DNA of 64,000 nucleotides from Lentisphaerae bacterium GWF2_44_16 (GTDB taxonomy: Bacteria > Verrucomicrobiota > Lentisphaeria > Victivallales > GWF2-45-14). Below, piece after piece: positions 1 to 8,968 of this stretch. Numbering within the stretch: the stretch's first letter is position 1; the number at the start of each line of letters is the position of its first letter. The position numbers and the translations under genes are program-made. Location of the stretch: positions 589 through 64,588 of the forward strand of contig MHBF01000168.1 of the NCBI GenBank assembly GCA_001803225.1, written 5' to 3'. The notes beneath the pieces were generated by a model. The model saw only the letters and a list, made by a program, of their open reading frames with translations. It had not been told where the DNA came from and made no database searches.

Positions 1-2010
1 GATACAAACCCAAAGCAGATATGGTGCTGGGGATTCCGGGGATTGTTTGAGAGCAATGACGAGGGTGAAACATGGAGTTGCCTGTCTGAAAATTTCCCGC
101 CCGCCAAAGGCATGCGAAACAATATGATTGCCGCCGTGGCGATAGACACTTCAAATGCAGATGTCATATATGCCGCTCCGGGAATATTCAGCATGTTCGG
201 GAATGGCCCGGGTGAAATATATAAAAGTGTCAATCATGGAAAATCATGGAAGAAGTTATCCACAAATATGCCGGAAGAGGCGTTTGTAACTTCAATCGAA
301 GTGGATCCAGCGAATAAAAATAACGTTTACGCTTCAACGGCAAAAGGTTTTTTCATGAGTGCCGACGGAGGCAAAACATGGGCGCAAAAAGGTTTGGATG
401 TATTTCCGGACGGATGTGGAACGATGACCATCTGTAAAAATCCAGAGAATGGAAAAACATTGCTTTTTGTGGTAAGCGACGCGAAATCTCCCGATGGGAA
501 AACATACAAAAACGCTGTCTATATGAGCGACGACGGAGGCGAACACTGGATCGAAAAAAGCAATGGTATCAAAGCTTCGCAAAAAGAAAATAAAAGATTT
601 TTCATTATCTGCAATGCGGGCATGGATAGTGGTCTTTTGTTTCTAGGTTCACGGCAAGAGGGTACCGGATTAATATATGCGAGTTCTGACTTTGGTGAAC
701 ATTGGACTGACATGTCTAACAGTAAAATAACAAAAGGATGGGGATGGGTGGCGCGCCCAGCTTTTGACATAAGTGTTTGCAATTCCAATCCCAATGTCAT
801 ATATATTGCGATGCGCGGTACCTGTATCAAGTCGGATGACGGAGGAAAATCATGGAACCAGTTTTCCAGCGTCCAAACCCCGGATGGCAAATGGAAGGGA
901 ACAGGGCATGAAGTTACGTTCATCAACAAAATTGTCATCGACCCGTTTGATTCCCGCAAATTATATATCGCGTCCAATGACATAGGATTATTTATGAGCG
1001 ATGACGGAGGGGAAAGTTTTTCATTCGTCTTTCCGTTTGGAGAAGGAAAATATGGCACCATATATGACGCGGTGGTTGCCGACCCCGATGTGAAAGACTC
1101 TGTTTATGTCGGATATGAAATAGTGTGGGATTCCTCCCACAAATTTGATGGTTCGATCATATGTTCCAGGGACGGAGGCAAAAGCTGGAGCCTGATAGGA
1201 ACAAAAGGTTCAGGCCTGTCCCATCCCCCGATTGAAAACCTGAAAAAATACCGTGAATGGAATGGATACAGACCAATCAACGGCACAAGTTCCATCGCGA
1301 TAGACAGGAAAAGCCCCAAAGAAAACAGAACAATCTACGCAGGCTCGATCATGGGGGGAATATTCAAAAGTTCAAATGGAAAAAGCTGGAAAAAGATAAG
1401 CCGGAATTTTGACGAACGCATAGTCCAACTGGCAATAAACCCCGAAAACAGCAGTGTACTCTACGCCGCTGTCCGTTCGGTACTGGGGCAGGGAGGGGAA
1501 ATTCGTCCCGGAGGACTTTTCATCAGCAAAGATGCCGGTGTCAACTGGAACAGGGTTCAGGGAATGCCGGATGTGGATGTTACAGGAATTGCCATGTCTG
1601 AAAAATACCCCGAAATAATCTATGTTTCCTGCTGGCGCAATGAGGATGCCTACACCGCAAATCCGGCAAACAAAAATTACAGTGAAAACAACAAGGGCGG
1701 CATATATCGCAGCGATGACGGAGGCCTTTCATGGAAAAGAATATTGAATGAGCCGCAATGCAGGGGACTGGACATGGACAAAAACAATCCGGACATAGTT
1801 TTCGCGGGTTCTTCGGAGGATAGAAACTCCTCTATCACCAAATCTCCCGGGATATTCTTCTCCGAAGACGGCGGGAAAACATGGACAAGGGTCAACGACG
1901 GACTCAATACCTACGCAATACAGTCAATAACAGTGGATTCGGAAAATCCCGGAAGTATATTTATAGGAACACGCGGGGGCGGTTTCCTCAAAAGCCAACC
2001 CCATCCATAG
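1..2010 (+). CDS. BNR/Asp-box repeat beta-propeller protein (sialidase / GH74 / sortilin-like fold), 5' end cut by window edge
   Basis: Ten Asp-box motifs S-x-D-x-G-x-(T/S)-(W/F) are spread through the ORF (SNDEGETW, SADGGKTW, SDDGGEHW, SSDFGEHW, SDDGGKSW, SDDGGESF, SRDGGKSW, SKDAGVNW, SDDGGLSW, SEDGGKTW). The track ORF starts at a TTG at 43, but frame 1 is open from base 1, so the gene probably begins upstream of the window. Confidence 0.85.
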   Translation, partial: DTNPKQIWCWGFRGLFESNDEGETWSCLSENFPPAKGMRNNMIAAVAIDTSNADVIYAAPGIFSMFGNGPGEIYKSVNHGKSWKKLSTNMPEEAFVTSIEVDPANKNNVYASTAKGFFMSADGGKTWAQKGLDVFPDGCGTMTICKNPENGKTLLFVVSDAKSPDGKTYKNAVYMSDDGGEHWIEKSNGIKASQKENKRFFIICNAGMDSGLLFLGSRQEGTGLIYASSDFGEHWTDMSNSKITKGWGWVARPAFDISVCNSNPNVIYIAMRGTCIKSDDGGKSWNQFSSVQTPDGKWKGTGHEVTFINKIVIDPFDSRKLYIASNDIGLFMSDDGGESFSFVFPFGEGKYGTIYDAVVADPDVKDSVYVGYEIVWDSSHKFDGSIICSRDGGKSWSLIGTKGSGLSHPPIENLKKYREWNGYRPINGTSSIAIDRKSPKENRTIYAGSIMGGIFKSSNGKSWKKISRNFDERIVQLAINPENSSVLYAAVRSVLGQGGEIRPGGLFISKDAGVNWNRVQGMPDVDVTGIAMSEKYPEIIYVSCWRNEDAYTANPANKNYSENNKGGIYRSDDGGLSWKRILNEPQCRGLDMDKNNPDIVFAGSSEDRNSSITKSPGIFFSEDGGKTWTRVNDGLNTYAIQSITVDSENPGSIFIGTRGGGFLKSQPHP

Positions 2011-2048
2011 ATTTTTTTTAAACACACAAGGGAAAAACGGGGATATTT

Positions 2049-2663
2049 ATGAAAATCAGAATTTCTGGGCCAATCATAGCATTCACTTTGATTGAGTTGC
2101 TCATAACAATATCAATAATAGCGATATTGGCGTCAATGCTTCTGCCGTCTTTGCAAAAGGCGCGGGGAAAAGCAAAGGAACTCAAGTGTGCCGCCAATCT
2201 GAAACAATTGGGCACGGCATTTTTCATGTACGCGGACGAACACGACGGTTACTTACCTGTATCAGGAGGCAGTCCCAACCGTTGGTGTCAGACTTCAATC
2301 CCCCCCTACACCAACGACAAAGGACAAAGAACTCCATTGTATCTTTGTCCTTCGGATTCCTCCAAATACAATCCGACATATTATTCCACAGTGAGCTATG
2401 GCTATAAAATCCCATTGCATGGTAAGAAGTTGTCCAAACAAAACAAACCATCACTTGCTCTGCTTTTATGTGATAACGCTGATACCGGAGATGGAAATAC
2501 TCCTTATGATGTCTCATGGTACTATGCCACCAATGGAATTCTAGCATTGGCGAAACAACGCCATTCGGGAGGGATAAACATCTGTTTCCTTGATGGACAC
2601 ATGAAGTTTTGGAGAACATCTATTCCAACTTCATCCAGCGATGATTTTTGGCTTGCTCAATAA
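2049..2663 (+). CDS. Prepilin-type N-terminal cleavage/methylation domain protein, H-X9-DG family (pseudopilin-like)
   Basis: The N-terminus ...GPIIA|[24 protein letters not shown] is a class III signal with Glu at +5. The C-terminal RH-SGGINICFL-DGH matches the H-X9-DG motif. Confidence 0.85.
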   Translation: MKIRISGPIIAFTLIELLITISIIAILASMLLPSLQKARGKAKELKCAANLKQLGTAFFMYADEHDGYLPVSGGSPNRWCQTSIPPYTNDKGQRTPLYLCPSDSSKYNPTYYSTVSYGYKIPLHGKKLSKQNKPSLALLLCDNADTGDGNTPYDVSWYYATNGILALAKQRHSGGINICFLDGHMKFWRTSIPTSSSDDFWLAQ

Positions 2664-2678
2664 TGGAAAGAAATTAAA

Positions 2679-3743
2679 ATGAATAGCGACAAAAAAAACA
2701 TTTCGATCAAAGACCTTGCCAAAATGGCCGGGGTTTCAACAGCAACCATTTCAAGAGTCATCAATGACGTACCGGGATGCATTGTCAGCCGCCCAAAAAG
2801 AGAAAAAATACTGAAAATCGCCCAAAAGGTTGGTTATCGTCCGAATCGAAGCGCTCGTCTTTTCTCACGTGGAAACAACCGTTGTGAAAGTATTGGAGTA
2901 GTTATATCAGGGACTTCCCTCCAGAATTTCACATGGAGGAGTACGGCATCATTCAGCATAGAATACATTCAGGGAATTTCGGAAGCTCTTAATGAAATAA
3001 ACCATACAATGTCATTTGTTGTAACTCCCACCGGGAACACCGAAGATTTCCTGCGCAGGGAATATCTTTCCGAAAAAAAAGTGGATGGTCTGATTATTTT
3101 CGGCGGGGAAAAAGAGCTTTCAATGGCTTCGGAATTTGAAAAAAACGGCATGCCGGTAGTTTCATTTGATGTAAAAACCGCCCCATTGTTTAATGTCCCG
3201 CTCCTCTTGTTCGACCCGGAACCCGGAATCAGGGAGGCGGTGGAGGCGGTGGAGGCGCGAAAGCATAAAAAAGCGGGCATCGTACATACCGGTGACAATA
3301 AAGGTGGAATGCCGGAAAGAGCCATGCTTTTTGAACGGTTATGCACGGATAAAGGAATAGAAATAGGAGGAAAAAGGTGTATATCCGCATCCGATGAAAC
3401 CGAGTCCTACCTGTCAACAAAAGAACTCATTGAAAAAAATCCCGACATCACATGTATTTTCTATACATCCGACCTTTTTGCGATGCTCGGCATAAGGGCG
3501 TTGCTGTCGATGGGCCTGAGGGTTCCGGATGATGTTTCCGTGATAGGATATGACGATGCACCGTATTCCATCAATTCCCCAGTACCTCTAAGCACTATCA
3601 AGCTTCCCCGTAAAAAAATAGGTGCAAGCGCTGTTAAACTTCTTTTCGGAATTATAAATGGTGAAACGCCCCCAAGCCGTTTCGTTCTCCCATGCCAGTG
3701 GATACAAAGAGAATCTCTAGGAAATAATAAATCAATGGTATAG
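2679..3743 (+). CDS. LacI family transcriptional regulator
   Basis: The N-terminal HTH is ISIKDLAKMAGVSTATISRVINDVPG. It is followed by a periplasmic-binding-protein-like domain ending in the typical VIGYDD / PLSTIKLP motifs. Confidence 0.9.
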   Translation: MNSDKKNISIKDLAKMAGVSTATISRVINDVPGCIVSRPKREKILKIAQKVGYRPNRSARLFSRGNNRCESIGVVISGTSLQNFTWRSTASFSIEYIQGISEALNEINHTMSFVVTPTGNTEDFLRREYLSEKKVDGLIIFGGEKELSMASEFEKNGMPVVSFDVKTAPLFNVPLLLFDPEPGIREAVEAVEARKHKKAGIVHTGDNKGGMPERAMLFERLCTDKGIEIGGKRCISASDETESYLSTKELIEKNPDITCIFYTSDLFAMLGIRALLSMGLRVPDDVSVIGYDDAPYSINSPVPLSTIKLPRKKIGASAVKLLFGIINGETPPSRFVLPCQWIQRESLGNNKSMV

Positions 3744-4080
3744 AAAATTGTTGTTTTGAGGGTGGAAGTGCTTCGATTCTGCGCATTTTCAGTGGTTGGG
3801 GGCAATTTCGGAGAAGATGGAGTTTCTTGTAAGGTCTCGCCCGAAGTTTTTCCCGCAATTGGGACAGTAAATGATTGGAGATTTGCCCGAATTATACATT
3901 TTGAAATTACAGGCGCGGGTACGGATAACATTCACAGGTTCACTGAACGGAAGAGCATTGTCTTCCCCTGATTGTTCGAAGTCATCAGTTTTCATTGCTC
4001 ATCCAGTGGCAAGTTTTGCAGGATATATGCGGACTCTCAACCTTAAAAGAGCCTGCCAAATCGTCCTGATGATTTCTGTG

Positions 4081-4399
4081 CAGGGAGGCGAAGAAACCGC
4101 GTTTCAACAGCTTAAAAAGAAAAATGTAAAAAACTTTAGCGCACTCAATAAAAATCATTTCAATGTCTCTGGCCTCGTCCGTCTCATTGTTCGCCCCTGA
4201 GCAGGTTATTGCCTACAGTTCGCTTTTTTCCGAAAAAAACCTTCTATGGAAAAATCTCAAAGATGAATTTGCTTCCAGGCAGAGCAAACAGAAATTCCCG
4301 GGCATACCATTAATTTGCGCAGAAAATTCTCTCTTCAGTGCCGCCGCCGGGGCCGCTTTATACTCTCTTGAAAAAAAATATCCCGTAAATTCCAATTAA
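4081..4399 (+). pseudogene. Relic of the C-terminal ~100 codons of a ROK-family regulator gene (frameshifted, no N-terminus)
   Basis: Frame 2 gives SIKIISMSLASSVSLFAPEQVIAYSSLFSEKNLLWKNLKDEFASRQ...AAAGAALYSLEKKYPVNSN. It aligns by eye to the C-terminus of the intact ROK at 46931-48091 (AIKILSMSLASTAALFDPDEIIVHSPLFSEDNSLWRNLKDEF...ASGAAFMSIEKTYPVNSD) with about 45 of 79 identical. The preceding QLKKK...ALN stretch matches in frame 1, so there is a frameshift near 4145-4150. Homology may extend weakly back to about 4030. Confidence 0.75.
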
Positions 4400-4425
4400 A
4401 AAACGGGAAAATTTTAGATACGATA

Positions 4426-4453
4426 TTGACAAAATGAAAATTATCATTATAAT
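4426..4453 (+). promoter_or_regulatory. Sigma70-type promoter for the ROK gene at 4512
   Basis: TTGACA (4426-4431), 16-nt spacer, TATAAT (4448-4453), about 58 nt upstream of the start codon. Nested inverted repeats overlap it (see findings). Confidence 0.6.
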
Positions 4454-4511
4454 TGTCATTAGTTACCAATGAGAGGCTTAACAAGATATATTTAGTAACT
4501 ATAATTACAAT

Positions 4512-5699
4512 ATGGATTTTATTTATATGACCCCTATTCATAAAACAATACTAAAGCACATTCTTTTAAATGAGAAAATGTCAAAGTCAACTTTGGCTAA
4601 AGCAATAGGTATGAGTAAAACGAGAATAGGCAAACAAGTCGAGCAAATCATAAATAATGGGTTCCTGCATGAAAATGGATTTTTGCCTGTCAATGGACCT
4701 GGTCGTTTACAAGGATGTCTCGAAATAAATCCAGGCACATTTTACAGTTGCGGCATAAGCATTATCTCTGATTGTATGGAAATAGGCATATTTGACGCTA
4801 AGGTGAATCTTATAAAGAAAAAGCATTATAAAAATCCATTTCTATCAGGGATACACGATGCAAAAGATATTGATAATGCCTTAACAAATATTTCTGAATT
4901 ATTTTATTCTTTTCTTAGAGAAATAAATTTTGATAAAAATAAGATTTGTGTTGTAGGGTTTTCTCTACCGGGAATAATCAATACACATTCAGGGGTAATA
5001 TTAAGGAGTCCTTTTTTTCCAGGCATAAAAGAATATCCTATAGGTAAAAAACTTTCGGATAAAGTAAATATTCCGGTAATAATAGAAGATTTTCACAAAG
5101 CCAAGACTTATTTTGAATATCACCGTGGCGCAGGCAGGGGAAGTAAAAACATGCTGTATATAAGCAGCCGGTCCGGAACATTTGGCATAATCATTAATGG
5201 AGAACTTTTTTATGGTTCCGGATATCGCGCGGGACAGACAAGCGCTTTTGTAATAGATCCGCAAGGCCCTATGTCTGACTGGGGAATTAAAGGGACATTG
5301 GGATCTTATTTCTCGATTCCAGCTTTTTTAAAACAAATAGAACAAATACCAATTTCACAGGAAACTGCTCACCTAAAAAATATAGTTACAGAAGAACATC
5401 TTAAGAAAATGTTTATTTCCGGAGAACTGGTTACATGTCAAATAATCCGTGAAGCATCCGTTTATTTGGGAAAGGCGCTATGTAATTTAATGACATTACT
5501 TCCGGTTGATGTGATAATGATAGACCACTGGCTGTCCAGTCATCCTGAATGCTGCATAGATATTATCAATCAGGAACTGCAAAGATATGTGTTAGCAAGC
5601 ATCGGACCTGAGATTAAAATTCAGGCGAGCAAATTTGAAGTTGATAATTATCCTTTACATATTGCGTACTTAGCTTCAGTAAGATATTTTGAAACATAA
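4512..5699 (+). CDS. ROK family transcriptional regulator (NagC/XylR-like)
   Basis: The N-terminal winged-HTH region is ILKHILLNEKMSKSTLAKAIGMSKTRIGKQVEQIINNGFL, followed by a ROK sugar-kinase-like fold (GFSLPGIINTHSG..., GRGSKNMLYIS...GIIINGELFYGSG). The gene is visibly AT-rich. Confidence 0.8.
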   Translation: MDFIYMTPIHKTILKHILLNEKMSKSTLAKAIGMSKTRIGKQVEQIINNGFLHENGFLPVNGPGRLQGCLEINPGTFYSCGISIISDCMEIGIFDAKVNLIKKKHYKNPFLSGIHDAKDIDNALTNISELFYSFLREINFDKNKICVVGFSLPGIINTHSGVILRSPFFPGIKEYPIGKKLSDKVNIPVIIEDFHKAKTYFEYHRGAGRGSKNMLYISSRSGTFGIIINGELFYGSGYRAGQTSAFVIDPQGPMSDWGIKGTLGSYFSIPAFLKQIEQIPISQETAHLKNIVTEEHLKKMFISGELVTCQIIREASVYLGKALCNLMTLLPVDVIMIDHWLSSHPECCIDIINQELQRYVLASIGPEIKIQASKFEVDNYPLHIAYLASVRYFET

Positions 5700-5816
5700 T
5701 CGAAAAGGTTTTCATTTATAACAATGAAGAAGAAATCATCAATTGACTAAAAATCTCAAGATGACAAAAGTAAATACTTATTTCACAAAATAGAACTACA
5801 ATAAAGGAGTTTTACA

Positions 5817-6437
5817 ATGGTTATAAAATTCAAAGAGAGGGTCAGAATCAGATTTATTTTCACGATGATAGAACTCCTGATGGTTATAGCGATTATTACA
5901 ATTCTTTCAGCGGTTTTGTTACCAGCCTTAAGTAAAGCAAGAGATAAATCCAAAGAACTGCTCTGCAGAAGTAATTTAAAACAAATTGGAGCCGGTATAT
6001 ACAATTATGCCAATGACTTTAGCGATTTTACCTATCCCGGTACGCCCCAATCCACTTGTACAGGTATAAATGACTGGATAAATGACAAAGTCAAAAACTG
6101 GTACGATAACAAGCTATGGCAATGCCCTTCCGTCAAAAAATCAGGAACCCCATATATTTCCTATGCGGCTTCCTATGGAGAATATATGGATTACATAGAA
6201 AACTATTATGGAAGAGGATTAAAATTATTTAAGCTGAATCCCCGAAAAGTTCTTTTCTGCGACAAGACGGAGCATCTTGTGGTAGAAGTTTTCTCAAGCG
6301 ACTCCCAGATGCCGACGGGAAGCAGTCCCAGAATATCAATGAGGCATAACCAGGGGACGAATTGCCTGTATGTCGACGGACATGTTGAATGGTTACGTTA
6401 CAATTTATTGAATATGAATACATTAAATCCTAATTAG
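5817..6437 (+). CDS. Prepilin-type N-terminal domain protein, H-X9-DG family
   Basis: FIFTMIELLMVIAIITILSAVLLPALSKARDKSKELLCRSNLKQIG; C-terminal RH-NQGTNCLYV-DGH. An AAAGGAG SD lies 7 nt upstream. Confidence 0.85.
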   Translation: MVIKFKERVRIRFIFTMIELLMVIAIITILSAVLLPALSKARDKSKELLCRSNLKQIGAGIYNYANDFSDFTYPGTPQSTCTGINDWINDKVKNWYDNKLWQCPSVKKSGTPYISYAASYGEYMDYIENYYGRGLKLFKLNPRKVLFCDKTEHLVVEVFSSDSQMPTGSSPRISMRHNQGTNCLYVDGHVEWLRYNLLNMNTLNPN

Positions 6438-6449
6438 GAGAAATCTAAA

Positions 6450-8909
6450 ATGAAATTATTATCATGTGCGGCTGTGTCACTTTTTATTCTATTGAACAAT
6501 TCATACGCAGAGATGCCGAAGAAAAATAATATTGTCAAAAATCCAGGATTTGAAGACAGCTGGAGCGAATGGAAAAAAATTGGAGAAAACGAGTGCTGGA
6601 ATATTTCAGAAGCAGAACACCATTCAGGAAAGAAAAGTCTTTACTGGAAAGGTACAAGCGCCAGTGAATATGTTTTTATCGCACAGGATATACCATGTCC
6701 ATTGAATGAGAGTTCACGATTTGTTGTATGGGTGAAAACCAAAGACCTTAAACCAGCCCAGAATGGGGGAGGTGTCTCGTTCGCAATTCAATACTATGCG
6801 GGAGGAAAATACATTGGAGGATCATTCAAAAATCCACAGCTTTCCGGCACAAATGACTGGACAAAGCTGGAATGTGACATTATGCCTGTCGAGAATTATT
6901 TTGGTAAAATTGAACGGGTAGAGTTCGTTTTGTATGTTCCCACCCTGTGTTCAGGCGAAGCTTGGATTGATGATATTGAAGTATACAAGGAAGAACCCAA
7001 ACACGAACCGCTGGAAATTACAGTAATAAAGCCTTTTTACCGGAATATTATTGTAGGCAATGAACCTCTTCAAATCAATTTTGCAACAAATGTCCGGAAA
7101 AAAGACAATGAAACGTTAAGCCTCAAGCTTAAAGCGGATTTTTCTGACGCTTCTGGAAAACTGGTTGAAAGCAAAACAGTCAATGACAAAACCCTCGAAA
7201 AAATGAACGGCATATTGGATTTCAAATCTTTGCCGTCCGGTAAAGCCTCTTACAAATTACAGGTGAGCCTAATAAATAAGGATACTGATGTTATCGCGTC
7301 AAAAACTTTTCAGTTTGAAAAGGTGGATTCACTGCCTGAAAACTTCTTCCATCTGTCCGAGACAGGAGTACCGCTTGTCAATGGCAAGTCATTTTTAATG
7401 TGGGGCTATACGGGGCTTTCAAATAGTGATAATTTCCCATATCTGGAAGATAAACTGGATAATGAAAAAGATAGAATGACAAATTTTGCGATGTCATGGA
7501 ACGTTCATAAACGGGATGACGCTTCAATAAAAAGTTATCTGGACAAACTTGATTCATTAGGTATGAAAGCTGTTTTAATTCCTACCGTCAATGAAAAACC
7601 AAGTGTAGAATTTATCAATAAATGGAAAACACATCCGGCCCTTTTGGGGTGGTTTCTCTGTGATGAACCTGAAAACACTCAGGTACCACTGCAGGACCTT
7701 GTTAAAAAATATGAAACTATTAAAAAGGCAGACCCTGAACATCCTGTTATAATCGATTGCTGTACACCGGAAGGAATTTTGAAATACGCATCGGCATGCG
7801 ACATTATGACAACCGATCCGTACCCCGGATTTTTCAAAGGAGCAGGTTCCCGTAAACCTATAACTGTAGTTACCGAAAATATTAACGCAATAATAAAAAG
7901 TGGGAAGAGTCCATGCTGGATAATCCCACAGGCCTTTTCATGGGAGTATTTCGGATCTCATGAAGATCGCTATCCCAATTTCACGGAACTGCGCAATATG
8001 ATTTATCAAACCTATATCGCGGGAGCTAAGGGAGTGATGTGGTATGGATATGCTTTCTCTCGTAACAATAACGATCTGCTGCTAGGGATTCCTTTTCTCG
8101 GAAAAGAGTCATTCCTTATTGCCGATGCGGTTTTGGCGGAAGACATCAAGGGAAGTGTATCTTCAGACAATCCTGCGATTTTATATTCCCTGAGAAAAAC
8201 AGACAAAGGGCTTTTCCTGTTTGCGGTAAATACTAAATGGGAAAAACAGAACGTTCATTTTTCTCTTAGCAGACCGCCTTTCGCTGACTCAGACTTGAAT
8301 GTTATTTCCGAAGGACGGAAAGTATTGATAAAGGATGGAAAATTCAGGGATGAATTCGGCCCGTTCGAGACTCATCTCTACACGACAAATGAAAAAGATG
8401 CCTCAACATACAGTGTTAAAAACATATTGGGACAAATTGATGATGCCACTAAAAAACTGCTCAAAAAAGGAAATATTGCTCACCAATCAACGGGAAGTAA
8501 AGTAACTGCTTCCTCTGCCTGTGTAAGATCGAAAAAAGCAGTGAATGTATACCTTTCCTGTGTAATTGACGGTTTTTGCGGCAAAGACACTTTCCTTTGG
8601 TTGGACAAAACCCCCGGAAAATTCCCGGACTGGCTGCAAGTAACTTTCCCTAAAGTTCAAAAAATAAATAAAGTAATTGTCTATACCACGGATTTGAAGG
8701 ATTGGGATGTTCAGGTACTGAAAAATGGAGAATGGACTACTGTCGCTCAGGTCAGCGGCAATTCTTCTTATGCCAGAGAGTCTGTATTTGAACCTGTTGA
8801 AACAATCGCGGTCAGGCTATATATAACGGCAGCGTCTAAACCGCGATGCGAAGTCGCGGAGATTGAAGTCTATAAAGTTGATATTGATTCTATAGATAAA
8901 AAACAGTAA
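6450..8909 (+). CDS. Secreted multidomain glycosidase-like protein: CBM4_9-like module, TIM-barrel-like core and C-terminal F5/8 type C (discoidin) domain
   Basis: Signal peptide MKLLSCAAVSLFILLNNSYA. CBM-like NPGFEDSWSEW...SGKKSLYW...EAWIDDIEVY. Core motifs GWFLCDEPE, TTDPYP, IPQAFSW..YPNFTELRNM. The C-terminal NIAHQSTGSKVTASS...PDWLQVTFPK...VAEIEVY is typical of discoidin domains. It is a paralogue of 32748-35606. Confidence 0.7.
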   Translation: MKLLSCAAVSLFILLNNSYAEMPKKNNIVKNPGFEDSWSEWKKIGENECWNISEAEHHSGKKSLYWKGTSASEYVFIAQDIPCPLNESSRFVVWVKTKDLKPAQNGGGVSFAIQYYAGGKYIGGSFKNPQLSGTNDWTKLECDIMPVENYFGKIERVEFVLYVPTLCSGEAWIDDIEVYKEEPKHEPLEITVIKPFYRNIIVGNEPLQINFATNVRKKDNETLSLKLKADFSDASGKLVESKTVNDKTLEKMNGILDFKSLPSGKASYKLQVSLINKDTDVIASKTFQFEKVDSLPENFFHLSETGVPLVNGKSFLMWGYTGLSNSDNFPYLEDKLDNEKDRMTNFAMSWNVHKRDDASIKSYLDKLDSLGMKAVLIPTVNEKPSVEFINKWKTHPALLGWFLCDEPENTQVPLQDLVKKYETIKKADPEHPVIIDCCTPEGILKYASACDIMTTDPYPGFFKGAGSRKPITVVTENINAIIKSGKSPCWIIPQAFSWEYFGSHEDRYPNFTELRNMIYQTYIAGAKGVMWYGYAFSRNNNDLLLGIPFLGKESFLIADAVLAEDIKGSVSSDNPAILYSLRKTDKGLFLFAVNTKWEKQNVHFSLSRPPFADSDLNVISEGRKVLIKDGKFRDEFGPFETHLYTTNEKDASTYSVKNILGQIDDATKKLLKKGNIAHQSTGSKVTASSACVRSKKAVNVYLSCVIDGFCGKDTFLWLDKTPGKFPDWLQVTFPKVQKINKVIVYTTDLKDWDVQVLKNGEWTTVAQVSGNSSYARESVFEPVETIAVRLYITAASKPRCEVAEIEVYKVDIDSIDKKQ

Positions 8910-8968
8910 TAGGACGGATTGAAATAATCATCCTTCAAAAAAATTGACTTAAATAAAGGGCGTTCCAG

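Noticed and set aside
3229-3420. A 9-bp tandem repeat GAGGCGGTG x2 plus an imperfect third copy (3234-3260). It gives EAVEAVEA in the LacI protein and a poly-Pro tail in a minus-strand 63-aa ORF.
   Set aside because: It is too short and has too few copies to be a CRISPR array or a meaningful satellite. It stays in frame inside a well-supported LacI gene, and the poly-Pro ORF is an antisense artefact. At most it is a minor slippage-prone site.
3789-3995. 68-aa minus-strand ORF with a CPNCGK motif, considered as a zinc-ribbon small protein.
   Set aside because: Only one CxxC pair is present. There is no convincing SD or promoter, and it lies in the decayed region next to the ROK relic. I cannot distinguish a real small gene from a fragment.
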